A DNA stretch of 64,000 nucleotides from Gammaproteobacteria bacterium (GTDB taxonomy: Bacteria; Pseudomonadota; Gammaproteobacteria; GCA-001735895), in NCBI GenBank assembly GCA_022340305.1, contig JAJDOF010000124.1, positions 6,396 through 70,395 of the forward strand. Direction: 5' to 3'. How positions within the stretch are numbered: the stretch's first letter is position 1; the number at the start of each line of letters is the position of its first letter. The notes under the pieces were generated by a model. It was given only the letters and a program-made list of their open reading frames with translations, did not search any database and had not been told where the DNA came from. The position numbers and the translations under genes are program-made. Of this stretch, positions 33,760 through 44,032 are shown piece after piece.

Positions 33760-33963
33760 ATACCGTAATGATAAATTATCCCATTAACTTTCCGGGATAG
33801 CGATAGCGAGGTCAGGTGCTACCGGTCGAGTGTCGTATGACAACCCGGCACCTGGCGGACGGTGTCGCCGCGTAGCTGAACCAGCGCGATGGCCGGTTAC
33901 TGGGCGTTGTTCAGGCCTATAATTCGGCTAACCCGGCTATATACCTGGTTTCCGGGTTAATAA

Positions 33964-34173
33964 TCAAGCGGGGCAGACGTCTTCGGCCTGTGGGCCCTTG
34001 GCGCCGTCAGTGACCTTCATGGTTACGCTCTGGCCTTGCTGCAGGGTTTTGTGCCCCTCGGCCTGGATAGCGCTGTAATGAACAAAAACGTCTTTGCCAC
34101 CCTCTTGTGAAATAAAACCATAGCCTTTGGCATCGTTAAACCATTTTACCGTGCCTGTTACTGTTTCAGACAT
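33964..34173 (-). CDS. Cold-shock protein (Csp family)
   Basis: [29 protein letters not shown]; start moved to ATG 34173. Confidence 0.96.
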   Translation of the reverse strand: MSETVTGTVKWFNDAKGYGFISQEGGKDVFVHYSAIQAEGHKTLQQGQSVTMKVTDGAKGPQAEDVCPA

Positions 34174-34291
34174 AAGATTAACTCTGTAACTTGTTGATAT
34201 GTGACGAATTCTCAATTCGACAAACGATATTGTAGGATAAAGGTTGGTCGGAAGCCATGAAATCTAGCCGCGGAGATGGCCGATAGTGTCG

Positions 34292-34331
34292 AAAAACTAG
34301 CGATAAAACGACATTTTTGACGTTTTATCGC
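34292..34331 (-). terminator. Intrinsic terminator after dxs
   Basis: 11-bp stem GCGATAAAACG / CGTTTTATCGC followed by TAGTTTTT on minus strand. Confidence 0.7.
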
Positions 34332-34339
34332 CGCATAAT

Positions 34340-36226
34340 TCAGGGCCGAATGAAATCTGCAATCGTTTTTCGAATCGACACAGGGTCTAATCCGTACTCT
34401 TCCAGTACCTGCTCGCGACTACCCTGCGACGGGAAATAATCGTCCAGCCCGAGTCGTAATAATGCGGTACGAATGCCCTGATCGCTCAGATACTCGAGCA
34501 CCGCGGATCCTGCACCACCGACGATGCTGGCGTCCTCCAGGGTGATCAGGTAGTCGTGGTCCGCCGCCAGCGTCGTGATCAGACCCTCGTCCAGTGGCTT
34601 GATGAAACGCATGTTGACCAGACTGAGATCTAATTCCTCGGCGATCGGCATGGCGAGGTTGTAGAGGCTGCCAAATACCAGCAATGCAGCACGCTTACCT
34701 TTGCGGGTCTGCAGCGCTCGACCGATCTCTACACAATCGTCGATGTTGACGGTTGCGGGTTGCGCAACACTGTCGCGTGGGTAGCGCACCATCGCGGGGC
34801 CCGGATACTGGTAGGCGGTATTGAGTAAACTGAACATTTCTTCGCCATCTGCCGGCGCCATCAATATGACATTGGGAATGCATCGGCTGAAGGCGATGTC
34901 GAAATTACCAGTATGTGTCGCACCGTCGGCGCCGACAATGCCGGCACGATCAATGGCAAAGGTGACGTCAAGATTCTGCACCGCGACGTCGTGAATAAAC
35001 TGGTCATAAGCGCGTTGCAGAAAAGTCGAGTAGATCGCGACTACCGGCTTCAGGCCTTCACAGGCCATACCGGCAGCCAGGGTAACCGAGTGTTGCTCGG
35101 CAATCCCGACATCGTGATAGCGTTCAGGTAATTCTGCGGAAAATCTCACCAGCCCGGAACCTTCACGCATAGCCGGTGTGATGGCATGCAGGCGACTGTC
35201 CTGCTGGCCCTTGGCGACCAGCCAGTCCGAAAATATATTGGTGTAAGACTGCATCCCGGTTTTACCCGAGGGTTTGACGATACCCGTTTCCGGGTCAAAG
35301 GGCCCGACGCCGTGGAACTTGCAGGCGTCTGCCTCGGCCGGCGCATAACCTTTGCCCTTGCGCGTTACGATGTGCAGCATCCGCGGTCCGGATAATTTTT
35401 GCAGATTACGGATCAGCGAGAGCAGGTCGGCCAGGTTGTGCCCGTCGATGGGGCCGAAATAGGAAAAACCCAGTTCTTCGAACAGCGTACCCGGCGTCAC
35501 CATACCCTTGACGTGTTCTTCGGCCCGTCTGGCCAGTTCCCAGGCACTCGGAATGCGTTTCAATACTTTTTTGCTGCCGGAGCGCAGGCTGGAATAAATC
35601 TTGCCTGACCAGATACTCGACAGGTACTTCGACATGGCACCGACATTCGGCGAAATCGACATTTCGTTGTCATTCAGAATCACCAGCAGGTCGGTATCTA
35701 TGGCGCCGCCGTGGTTGAGCGCTTCGTAGGCCATACCGGCGGTCATGCCGCCATCGCCTATGATGGCAACCGTCTTGTTGTCCAGCCCCTGTGATTTGGC
35801 GGCAATCGCCATGCCGAGCGCAGCGCTGATCGACGTACTCGAATGCCCTGCGCCAAAATGGTCGTATTCAGATTCAGTGATCTTGGGAAATCCCGAGAGT
35901 CCGCCTTTTTGGCGTAATCCTGCCATCTGATCGCGTCTTCCAGTCAGAATTTTATGTGGGTAACACTGGTGACCGACGTCCCAGATCAATCGATCTTTAG
36001 GCGTATCGAAGAGGTAGTGCAGCGCGATGGTGATTTCGACGGATCCAAGCCCGGAAGCCAGGTGGCCGCCGGTTTTCGACAGGCTCTGCAGCAGGAAGTC
36101 GCGCAGCTCGCTGGCCAGTTCGGGCAACTCGTCTTCGTCGAGTTCACGCAGGTCGTCGGGGCTTTCGATGCGCGCCAGGATCGGGAATGATGAGTCTGAA
36201 TTATTCATTGAGTTACTATCTGGCAT
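34340..36226 (-). CDS. dxs: 1-deoxy-D-xylulose-5-phosphate synthase
   Basis: GGHLASGLG, WDVGHQ, GHSSTSISA, GDGGMTAG, GIAEQH, DGATH. Confidence 0.98.
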   Translation of the reverse strand: MPDSNSMNNSDSSFPILARIESPDDLRELDEDELPELASELRDFLLQSLSKTGGHLASGLGSVEITIALHYLFDTPKDRLIWDVGHQCYPHKILTGRRDQMAGLRQKGGLSGFPKITESEYDHFGAGHSSTSISAALGMAIAAKSQGLDNKTVAIIGDGGMTAGMAYEALNHGGAIDTDLLVILNDNEMSISPNVGAMSKYLSSIWSGKIYSSLRSGSKKVLKRIPSAWELARRAEEHVKGMVTPGTLFEELGFSYFGPIDGHNLADLLSLIRNLQKLSGPRMLHIVTRKGKGYAPAEADACKFHGVGPFDPETGIVKPSGKTGMQSYTNIFSDWLVAKGQQDSRLHAITPAMREGSGLVRFSAELPERYHDVGIAEQHSVTLAAGMACEGLKPVVAIYSTFLQRAYDQFIHDVAVQNLDVTFAIDRAGIVGADGATHTGNFDIAFSRCIPNVILMAPADGEEMFSLLNTAYQYPGPAMVRYPRDSVAQPATVNIDDCVEIGRALQTRKGKRAALLVFGSLYNLAMPIAEELDLSLVNMRFIKPLDEGLITTLAADHDYLITLEDASIVGGAGSAVLEYLSDQGIRTALLRLGLDDYFPSQGSREQVLEEYGLDPVSIRKTIADFIRP

Positions 36227-36237
36227 GACGCCCCGCT

Positions 36238-37143
36238 TTAATGTGTGCGCTGGATAAACCAGGCGGAAATATACCTTAAAATGTCAGCCTCCTCAGCAAA
36301 TATCGAAAGTGCCTGTAATGCCTGCTGGTGCAATTCGAGCGCTTTCTCCTGCGAAGCCTGGAGTCCGATGATCGATGGAAAGGTTGGCTTGTTGCGAGCG
36401 CTGTCGGAACCCTGGGTCTTGCCGAGTGTTGCTGTATCGCCGGTGACGTCGAGGATATCATCCTGTACCTGGAATGATAGGCCTATGCATTTCGCATAAG
36501 AATCCAGAGCCGTGAAGTCGCTATCGCTGAGCTTGTCGGCGCTTAGCGCCGCAAGCTGAATACAAATGCGGATCAGGGCTCCCGTCTTATGGATGTGCAT
36601 GGTTTCCAGTTCGGCGATGTTGAGACTCTTACCCACTGATTGGAGGTCGATAGCCTGTCCACCCGCCATGCCGCGCGATCCGGAAAACATGGCCAGGTTT
36701 GTGATCATGGTCAGACGCGCACGCTCCCGCTGCGTCATTTTCGGGTCGTGACTGATGATGTAAAATGCAAGTGCCTGCAGCGCATCCCCAGCGAGAATCG
36801 CGGTGGCTTCATCAAATTTTCGATGGCAGGTAGGTCGGCCACGGCGTAAATCGTCGTCATCCATGGCCGGAAGGTCGTCGTGAATCAACGAGTAGGCATG
36901 AATGATTTCCACCGCACAGGCCGCGCCGTCAACCTTGTCGAGTTCAATGCCAAGCGCCTTTGCTGTTGCGTAAACCAGGATTGGGCGCACTCGTTTACCG
37001 GGCGCCAGCACCGCGTAGCGCATCGCCTGATGCAGCCGCATCGGGTTTACCGAGGTCGCAGGCAGCCAGTAATCAAGTGCGGTATCTACTCTCTGCTGGA
37101 ACTCTGCAACAAGAGATTCGAAAACCTGTTCATTAATCTTCAT
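36238..37143 (-). CDS. ispA: Farnesyl diphosphate synthase
   Basis: GKRVRP, HAYSLIHDDLPAMDDDDLRRG, FQVQDDILD; start moved to ATG 37143. Confidence 0.96.
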   Translation of the reverse strand: MKINEQVFESLVAEFQQRVDTALDYWLPATSVNPMRLHQAMRYAVLAPGKRVRPILVYATAKALGIELDKVDGAACAVEIIHAYSLIHDDLPAMDDDDLRRGRPTCHRKFDEATAILAGDALQALAFYIISHDPKMTQRERARLTMITNLAMFSGSRGMAGGQAIDLQSVGKSLNIAELETMHIHKTGALIRICIQLAALSADKLSDSDFTALDSYAKCIGLSFQVQDDILDVTGDTATLGKTQGSDSARNKPTFPSIIGLQASQEKALELHQQALQALSIFAEEADILRYISAWFIQRTH

Positions 37144-37378
37144 CAAGGTCTTCGAAGGGGACGGTCTGCTGCAGGCCATTCTTTTCGATTAATTGCTCGA
37201 CGCGGAACTCGGCGTTGGCCAGGGTATCCTGGCAGGTTCTGGCCAGCTTGATGCCATTTTCAAATTGTGCCAGCGACTCTTCCAAACCCAGCTCACCTGA
37301 TTCCATGTGGCTGACGATTTTTTCGAGCTGTTGCAGCGATTTTTCAAAATCCTTGAGATTGTCTTTGTTGTCAGCCAT
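37133..37378 (-). CDS. xseB: Exodeoxyribonuclease VII small subunit
   Basis: FEKSLQQLEKIVSHMESGELGLEESLAQFENG; start moved to ATG 37378. Confidence 0.95.
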   Translation of the reverse strand: MADNKDNLKDFEKSLQQLEKIVSHMESGELGLEESLAQFENGIKLARTCQDTLANAEFRVEQLIEKNGLQQTVPFEDLDED

Positions 37379-37406
37379 GTTATTACCTGCGATCAGAAGC
37401 ACGTCA

Positions 37407-38765
37407 TTATAATGCATCAAGGGTATCAGCTAAATGACTGACAGGAATTAACTCCATATCTTTGTATCGCGATGACTTGGGCATATTGGCGCGTGGGATA
37501 ATGGCACTTTCGAATCCATGCTTGCTGGCTTCGCGCAATCGCTCTTCGCCGTTGGGCACCGGCCTCACTTCGCCCGAGAGTCCGACCTCACCGAAAACCA
37601 GCCGGCGTCGGTTTAACGGGCGATCGCGATAACTCGACAGTATGGCGAGAATGATGGCGAGGTCTGCACCGGTCTCGGCGATACGTACCCCGCCGACCGC
37701 ATTGATGAAAACATCCTGCTGGTAAAGCGGTATATCGCCGTGGCGCTGCAATATCGCGATCAACATGGCCAGCCGATTCGACTCCAGACCCACGCTGATG
37801 CGCCGTGGTTGTCCGCCATGCGATTCGCTCACCAGTGCCTGCACCTCGACCAGCAGGGGGCGGGTTCCCTCCCGCGAAACCATGACCACGCTGCCGGATA
37901 CCGGTTGATCGTGCTGGGCGAGAAATATCGCCGATGGATTGCCGACCGGTTTCAGCCCTTCGTCGGTCATCGCGAAAATCCCCAGTTCGTTGACCGCGCC
38001 GAAACGATTCTTGACGGCACGAATTACGCGGTAGCGCGTCGACGAATCGCCTTCGAAGTACAGCACGGTATCGACCATGTGTTCGAGCACGCGAGGTCCC
38101 GCAAGCTGGCCTTCCTTGGTGACATGACCCACCAGGAATATGGCGGTGTTAGCCTGTTTGGCGAAACGCACCAGTAGCGCCGTGCTTTCGCGAATCTGGC
38201 TTACCGAACCGGGTGCAGATTGCAGGCTGTCACTGAATATGGTCTGGATCGAATCGATGACCATCACCGCGGGTCGCAACTTGCGCGCCTGGGCAATGAT
38301 TTCTTCTACGCAGGTGGTGCTCAACAGCTTCAGGTTGTCCGCGGGAAGTTTGAGGCGCCGTGCGCGCAGGCTGATCTGTTGCGGAGACTCTTCACCGGTG
38401 ACATAAAGCGCTTCGCGTTGCTGACTGATCAGCGCCAGGCATTGTAACAGGATGGTTGATTTTCCAATGCCCGGATCCCCACCGAGCAATACCACCGATC
38501 CTTCCACCAGGCCGCCACCGAGTACCCGGTCCAGTTCGTCGATCTGGCTGGTAAAGCGGGGTGTTGCGCTGGTGGGTACGCGATCCAGGGTAAGCACCTC
38601 GCTCTGCCCCTTGCCGTGCCAGTTGACCCTCGCCCCCGGAGCCGATGTCGTGGCCGGAATCTCGTCGACGCTGTTCCATCCTTTGCATTCAGGGCATTGC
38701 CCTGCCCACTTGGATAGCAGCGTTGCGCATTCGCGGCACTGAAACTGCGGGCTAAGCCTGGCCAT
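37407..38765 (-). CDS. radA: DNA repair protein RadA/Sms
   Basis: C4 zinc finger, GGDPGIGKST, KNRFG. Confidence 0.98.
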   Translation of the reverse strand: MARLSPQFQCRECATLLSKWAGQCPECKGWNSVDEIPATTSAPGARVNWHGKGQSEVLTLDRVPTSATPRFTSQIDELDRVLGGGLVEGSVVLLGGDPGIGKSTILLQCLALISQQREALYVTGEESPQQISLRARRLKLPADNLKLLSTTCVEEIIAQARKLRPAVMVIDSIQTIFSDSLQSAPGSVSQIRESTALLVRFAKQANTAIFLVGHVTKEGQLAGPRVLEHMVDTVLYFEGDSSTRYRVIRAVKNRFGAVNELGIFAMTDEGLKPVGNPSAIFLAQHDQPVSGSVVMVSREGTRPLLVEVQALVSESHGGQPRRISVGLESNRLAMLIAILQRHGDIPLYQQDVFINAVGGVRIAETGADLAIILAILSSYRDRPLNRRRLVFGEVGLSGEVRPVPNGEERLREASKHGFESAIIPRANMPKSSRYKDMELIPVSHLADTLDAL

Positions 38766-40059
38766 CTACCTGCCCGTCGGATAATACGAGCGTCGGATCA
38801 CCGCTTTGCAATAGCGAAATCCGTGCCGTCTTTACCATGTTGTTTTTCACCTGCATGATTTCGATCGGGTAGCCGCTGATCTTCATACTGGTGCCCGCCT
38901 CGGGAATGAATTCCATGTGCTCCAGTATCAGCCCGTTCAGGGTGCGTGGGCCGCTGTTTGGTAATTCGATATTGAGGTTGCGATTGATTTCCCGAATATG
39001 GGTCGAGCCATCGATCAGGAAGCTGCCATCGACATCCTGGAAGAAGTCCTGGTGCAGGGCCGTTGGATCGGTGGTGAATTCACCTACGATTTCCTCGAGG
39101 ATATCCTCGATGGTAACCAGTCCCTGTATGTCGCCGTATTCATCGACAACAAAACCGATGCGGCGCTTGTTTTTGCGAAAATTGATCAGCTGCGTCGTGA
39201 GGGGGGTACCCTCGGGGATGAAGTAGCCCTCGCGGGTCAGATCCACCAGGCTGTCAGAGTCAAACTCGTCCTTCATCAACAACGGCAGGATTCTGCGCAG
39301 CATCGCGGTGCCGACCAGGTTGTCGATATTGCCGGAATAAATGGGAATGCGGGTGTAGGACAGGTTGGTGATCAGTTTTAGCGTGTCGTGCCATTCATCC
39401 TCGAGGTCGATGCCGATGATTTCACTGCGCGGCACCATGATGTCATCGACGGTTACCTTTTCCAGATCGAGAATGCTGAGCAGCATGTCGCGGTGCGAAT
39501 CGGGAATCAGACCACTGGTCTCGTTGACGGCTACGCGCAGCTCTGCCGAATTGAGCGCGTCGTTATCGCTGCCTTTGCCGGATAACAGAAAAAGCCTCAG
39601 GATCAGCTTGGCAAGCCAGTCGATTATGGCTACCAGGGGAAATAACAGCTTCGACAGCGGCTGGTACACGTAGGCCGCCGGGAAGGCGATTTTCTCTGGA
39701 TTGGAGGCCGCCAGTGTTTTCGGCGTAACCTCGGCAAACAACAACAGTACCAGCGTCAGAAAACCGGCGGCGATCGCAATACCGGCGTCGCCGTACAGGC
39801 GGTAGCCAAGGTAGGTGGCGAGCTGGGTAATCAGGATGTTGATGAAATTATTGCCGAGCAGAATCAGGGTGATTAATTTGTCAGGACGTTGCAGCAGTGC
39901 CACGGCGCGCAAGGCCCCACCATGATTCTTGGCGGCCAGATGTTTGAGTCGATAGCGATTCAAACTCATTAACCCGGTCTCCGAGCTGGAGAAAAAACCG
40001 GAGAGCAGAATCAGCGTAACGAATGCGATCCAAAGCCAATATAGCGGGACGTCGTTCAA
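38752..40059 (-). CDS. CNNM/CorC (HlyC) family transporter, YfjD-like
   Basis: SGFFSSSETG, ILLGNN, FAEVTPK, CBS pair, VDEYGDIQGLVTIEDILEEIVG; TTG start inferred. Confidence 0.92.
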   Translation of the reverse strand: MNDVPLYWLWIAFVTLILLSGFFSSSETGLMSLNRYRLKHLAAKNHGGALRAVALLQRPDKLITLILLGNNFINILITQLATYLGYRLYGDAGIAIAAGFLTLVLLLFAEVTPKTLAASNPEKIAFPAAYVYQPLSKLLFPLVAIIDWLAKLILRLFLLSGKGSDNDALNSAELRVAVNETSGLIPDSHRDMLLSILDLEKVTVDDIMVPRSEIIGIDLEDEWHDTLKLITNLSYTRIPIYSGNIDNLVGTAMLRRILPLLMKDEFDSDSLVDLTREGYFIPEGTPLTTQLINFRKNKRRIGFVVDEYGDIQGLVTIEDILEEIVGEFTTDPTALHQDFFQDVDGSFLIDGSTHIREINRNLNIELPNSGPRTLNGLILEHMEFIPEAGTSMKISGYPIEIMQVKNNMVKTARISLLQSGDPTLVLSDGQVDGQA

Positions 40060-40060
40060 A

Positions 40061-40849
40061 TTAAAGAATGAACTCCAGCACCAGTTTGCTGCCAAAAAAC
40101 GCCAGCATCAGGAAGGCGAATGCTGACAGGGTCCAGCGAAGCGCGGTTTTACCGCGCCAGCCGAACTTGAAACGACCAAACAGCAACACGCCGAGAATGA
40201 ACCAGCCGACAATCGAGAGCACTGTCTTGTGCACCAGGTGTTGGGCGAAAATATCCTCGAGATAGACAAAACCGGTCAATAGAGAGGCACTAAGACAGAG
40301 GAAACCGAAACCGAGAAATTGAAACAACAGGGTTTCCATGTCATGTAACGGCGGCAGGAAGCGAATAAATCCACCCGGATGGTGTTGCCTGATCGATCTA
40401 TCCTGGTAGGCGAGTAATCCAGCCTGAAACGCGCCCAGCGTGATCAGGCTGTAGGCGATGACCGACACCATGATATGCCCTTGCACGGCTTGATTGCTGG
40501 TAGTTATCAGGTGGTCGGAAAGATGCAGGTCAGCAATCAGGCCGGACAGGCCGCTGACCGGAAAGGCCACGATTCCGAGGCTTTCGATACGCCGGTACAA
40601 ACTGCTGAGCAGTATCTGGATCGAGATTAGCCATGCTATCAGTGAGAAAGAGGCGAAAAATCCAAGGTTGAGCCCGTCGGGCTGGATAATCAAAACATTA
40701 AGCACGGCCGCCTGTAACATTACCGCGAGCAGCGCGGGTGTAAGGGCGACCCAGCGTTGATGCTGTGAGCTGCCGAGCTGTTTATATATCAAAAAGGCAG
40801 ACAGGCAGTAGAACAGGGCCGCGAGCGCGCTTGCGATGGTGGGGAACAT
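40061..40849 (-). CDS. ypjD: Inner membrane protein YpjD (CcsA-like)
   Basis: LPPLHDMETLLF, HKTVLS, GRFKFGWRG, FFGSKLVLE. Confidence 0.9.
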   Translation of the reverse strand: MFPTIASALAALFYCLSAFLIYKQLGSSQHQRWVALTPALLAVMLQAAVLNVLIIQPDGLNLGFFASFSLIAWLISIQILLSSLYRRIESLGIVAFPVSGLSGLIADLHLSDHLITTSNQAVQGHIMVSVIAYSLITLGAFQAGLLAYQDRSIRQHHPGGFIRFLPPLHDMETLLFQFLGFGFLCLSASLLTGFVYLEDIFAQHLVHKTVLSIVGWFILGVLLFGRFKFGWRGKTALRWTLSAFAFLMLAFFGSKLVLEFIL

Positions 40850-41131
40850 GGTTTTCGGTCAGTGGCTCAAGGGCTTAAGTGTAACTGAAAATCGGTGCTG
40901 TCGCACTAATGCTAAGCACTCGCGGGGGCGCGGTTTTTTGGCCCAAATGGGACAATTTCGGCGCGAAATTATTGTCGGTCGGTATGAAATTCGCGGACGA
41001 TGCCCGCTCCCTGGGCTAGTAATCAGGGTTAAGCGGGTAAATAATAATGCCAAAATCGTGGCGGTTTGCTATAAAACGGCCTGGGAGTTTGGATTCTTTC
41101 AAACTGATTCGCAGAAAACCACTTCAATAAC

Positions 41132-41896
41132 ATGCAAATAAAAATACTCGGATGGGCAGGTGGTATCGGGGCAAACCTGCGAACTACCTCCTTTCTTGTC
41201 GATGATGACCTGTTGATTGATGCCGGTACCGGATTGGGCGACTTGCCGCTCAATCAGATGACCGGTATTCGTCATATATTCCTGACGCATTCGCATATGG
41301 ATCACGTCGTCGGCCTGCCTTTGCTCGCCGATAGCATGTTTGGTGTGCACGCTGAGCCGATCATGGTTCACGCCCAGGAAAAAACGATTCAGGCGATCAA
41401 GGATCACATTTTTAACTGGGTTATCTGGCCCGATTTCTCGGAATTACCGACCCGGGAAAATCCGTCGATTCATTTCAAGGTCATGAAACCGGGCGACAAG
41501 GTCTCGATCCGCTCGCGTGAAATCGAAATGATACCGGTCAATCACACCGTTCCCGGGGTTGGCTATTGCCTGTCATCGCGTCGCGGCACCGTCGCCTTCA
41601 GTGGTGATACCACCACCAATGATAGTTTGTGGGAAGTCCTCAATGGCTATGACAACATCGATTTGTTGTTCGTCGAATCGGCTTTTTCCAATAACGATGT
41701 CGAGATTAGCAAGCTATCGAAGCATTACTGTCCGAGTTTACTGGGACAGGACATATTGAAAACCAGGCACCGCCCCGATGTCTGGCTGACCCATTTCAAG
41801 CCGGGTGAGGAAGAGTTGATCTACCAGGAATGCGTCGACGCCATGCCCGATTTCAAGGTACACCAGCTCCGGGGCGGCGAAGTCTTTAAATTCTGA
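41132..41896 (+). CDS. MBL-fold class II cyclic nucleotide phosphodiesterase-like protein
   Basis: DAGTG, THSHMDH, IKDHIFNWVIWPDF, NHTVP, FSGDT. Confidence 0.82.
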   Translation: MQIKILGWAGGIGANLRTTSFLVDDDLLIDAGTGLGDLPLNQMTGIRHIFLTHSHMDHVVGLPLLADSMFGVHAEPIMVHAQEKTIQAIKDHIFNWVIWPDFSELPTRENPSIHFKVMKPGDKVSIRSREIEMIPVNHTVPGVGYCLSSRRGTVAFSGDTTTNDSLWEVLNGYDNIDLLFVESAFSNNDVEISKLSKHYCPSLLGQDILKTRHRPDVWLTHFKPGEEELIYQECVDAMPDFKVHQLRGGEVFKF

Positions 41897-41945
41897 GCCC
41901 GGCGCGGCTTAGCCTGCATTCAGCACTTTTTCACAGGCGCTACGC

Positions 41946-41954
41946 TGTTATAAT
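41946..41954 (+). promoter_or_regulatory. Extended -10 promoter for ffh
   Basis: TGtTATAAT 30 nt upstream of ffh ATG. Confidence 0.6.
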
Positions 41955-41984
41955 GTCGGCTTTGCGTATTAGCGAGACCCTTCG

Positions 41985-43349
41985 ATGTTTGAAAGTTTAA
42001 CCGACCGGCTTTCCCGAACCCTGAAAAACCTGCGTGGCCAGGGGCGTCTCAGCGAAGATAATATCCGCGACAGCCTGCGCGAAGTGCGCATGGCCTTGCT
42101 CGAGGCGGATGTGGCGCTGCCGGTGGTCAAGGACTTTATCGAGGCCGTGCGTGTCAAGGCGCTGGGCAAGGAAGTCATCTCCAGCCTGTCGCCTGGTCAG
42201 GCGCTGATCAAGGTGGTTAACGACGAGTTGGTCGCGATTATGGGTGAATCCCAGGAGACCATAGACCTCGATCGTAAACCGCCGGTCATCGTTTTGATGG
42301 CGGGTCTGCAGGGTGCGGGCAAGACTACCACCGTGGCCAAGCTGGCGCGCCGCTTGCGCGAGCTCAATAAGAAGTCGGTCATGGTTACCAGCACCGACGT
42401 CTACCGTCCGGCGGCAATCGAACAGCTGAGAACCCTGGCACAGGAAGTCGGCGTCGATTTCCATGCCAGTAACATCGAGCAAAAGCCGGTAGCGATCGCG
42501 CGCGAGGCTGTGGCCGCGGCGATTCGCACTGGCGCCGAGGTGCTGATCGTCGATACTGCGGGTCGGCTCGCTATCGATCAACAGATGATGGATGAGATCC
42601 GGGCAATTCACGAGGCCATCGACCCGGCCGAAACCCTGTTTGTAGTCGACAGCATGACTGGCCAGGATGCTGCCAATACTGCCAAGGTGTTTAACGACAC
42701 CTTGCCATTAACCGGCGTGGTGCTCACCAAGACCGATGGTGATGCGCGCGGTGGCGCGGCCCTGTCGGTACGTCATATTACCGGCAAGCCGATCAAGTTT
42801 ATCGGCTCGGGAGAAAAAACAGATGCACTCGAAGCTTTTCATCCGGATCGCATCGCCTCGCGTATTCTCGGCATGGGCGACATTCTGTCGCTGGTCGAGC
42901 AGGCCCAGGAACATGTCGATCAAGAGAAAGCTGAACGCCTGGCGCGCAAGGTTCGCAAGGGCCAGGGATTCGATCTCGAGGATTTACGCGATCAGTTCAC
43001 CCAGATGGAAAACATGGGTGGTCTGGGCAAGCTTGTCGACAAGTTACCCGGCATGGGATCCGGTGTTGCAGAAGCCATGCAGAATCCGGCACATAGCAAA
43101 CAGATGAAGCGCATGGTCGCGATCATCGACTCGATGACACCGCTGGAACGGCGTCGCCCGGAAGTCATTAACGGTTCGCGCAAGCGCCGCGTTGCGCAGG
43201 GATCGGGAACCCAGATTCAGGACGTCAATCGGCTGCTAAAGCAACATAAACAAATGCAGCGCATGATGAAGAAAATGGGCAGCAAGGGTGGAATGGCGAA
43301 CATGATGCGTGGTCTGAAGGGCAAGTTACCTCCCGGTATGTCGTTCTGA
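41985..43349 (+). CDS. ffh: Signal recognition particle protein
   Basis: GLQGAGKTTT, DTAGR, TKTDGDARGG, Met-rich M domain. Confidence 0.98.
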   Translation: MFESLTDRLSRTLKNLRGQGRLSEDNIRDSLREVRMALLEADVALPVVKDFIEAVRVKALGKEVISSLSPGQALIKVVNDELVAIMGESQETIDLDRKPPVIVLMAGLQGAGKTTTVAKLARRLRELNKKSVMVTSTDVYRPAAIEQLRTLAQEVGVDFHASNIEQKPVAIAREAVAAAIRTGAEVLIVDTAGRLAIDQQMMDEIRAIHEAIDPAETLFVVDSMTGQDAANTAKVFNDTLPLTGVVLTKTDGDARGGAALSVRHITGKPIKFIGSGEKTDALEAFHPDRIASRILGMGDILSLVEQAQEHVDQEKAERLARKVRKGQGFDLEDLRDQFTQMENMGGLGKLVDKLPGMGSGVAEAMQNPAHSKQMKRMVAIIDSMTPLERRRPEVINGSRKRRVAQGSGTQIQDVNRLLKQHKQMQRMMKKMGSKGGMANMMRGLKGKLPPGMSF

Positions 43350-43482
43350 TTATAGCGATTTGGTGCCGGCGCACGGATCGCCGGCTGCGCCCGCGATTGA
43401 CCGGATTTGCGTCATTCCTGCTAATTCCACCCCATAAAACCAGATTTCTCTGAATATCCCCTTAAATATCAGGCTTGCGGAC

Positions 43483-43510
43483 TTCACAGGCGGCTTTATT
43501 TAGGTACAAT
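43483..43510 (+). promoter_or_regulatory. Putative sigma70 promoter of rpsP operon
   Basis: TTCACA-N16-TACAAT. Confidence 0.55.
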
Positions 43511-43541
43511 ACGCGGTCTTCTGACCCCACGGTCAGCGTTA

Positions 43542-43704
43542 GCAGTCTGACGGACTTAGGAATAATCTACTGCGGCGGTGGGAAATCGGCCCATTTTCCC
43601 GATCTTTTTCGTTGCGCAGTTGCGACTATGCGCCGCAAAAGATCGAAAAAATGGGCGCGATTTCGAACGCGCCCCGCTACGATTCCCTCAGTCCGGCAGA
43701 CTGC
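43542..43704. mobile_element. Degenerate 163-bp MITE-like hairpin element
   Basis: Imperfect terminal IRs GCAGTCTG(a/c)CGGACT, further nested inverted segments (GAAATCG, GCCCATTTT, CGATCTTTT), TA at left flank only, non-coding. Confidence 0.7.
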
Positions 43705-43774
43705 CTGACTATTGCCTGATGGCTAAAAATCGATGATGAGTCGATTTGAGTCGACTTTTTTGTGGAGATTTTTT

Positions 43775-44026
43775 ATGGTTTCAATTCGATTGGCACGCGG
43801 TGGCTCCAAGAAGCGCCCGTTTTACCACGTTGTGGTAAGCGATAGCCGCAGCCCGAGAGATGGCCGCTACATTGAACGCATCGGTTTCTACAATCCCCAG
43901 GCCCGTGGCCAGGAACAGGAACTGCGTATCGATGATGGCCGTGTCGACTATTGGGTTTCTCAAGGTGCGCAACCCAGTGAACGAGTGGCTAACTTGATCA
44001 AGGGAGCTCGCAAGGCTGCGGCTTAA
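43775..44026 (+). CDS. rpsP: 30S ribosomal protein S16
   Basis: [27 protein letters not shown]. Confidence 0.98.
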   Translation: MVSIRLARGGSKKRPFYHVVVSDSRSPRDGRYIERIGFYNPQARGQEQELRIDDGRVDYWVSQGAQPSERVANLIKGARKAAA

Positions 44027-44032
44027 GCAGGG

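Noticed and set aside
33811-33860. SRP RNA or 6S RNA
   Set aside because: GTCAGGT is present but the SRP CCGGAAGGAAGCAG core is absent, and there is no 6S-like long rod.
43363-43385. GC hairpin after ffh as a terminator
   Set aside because: No U tract follows.
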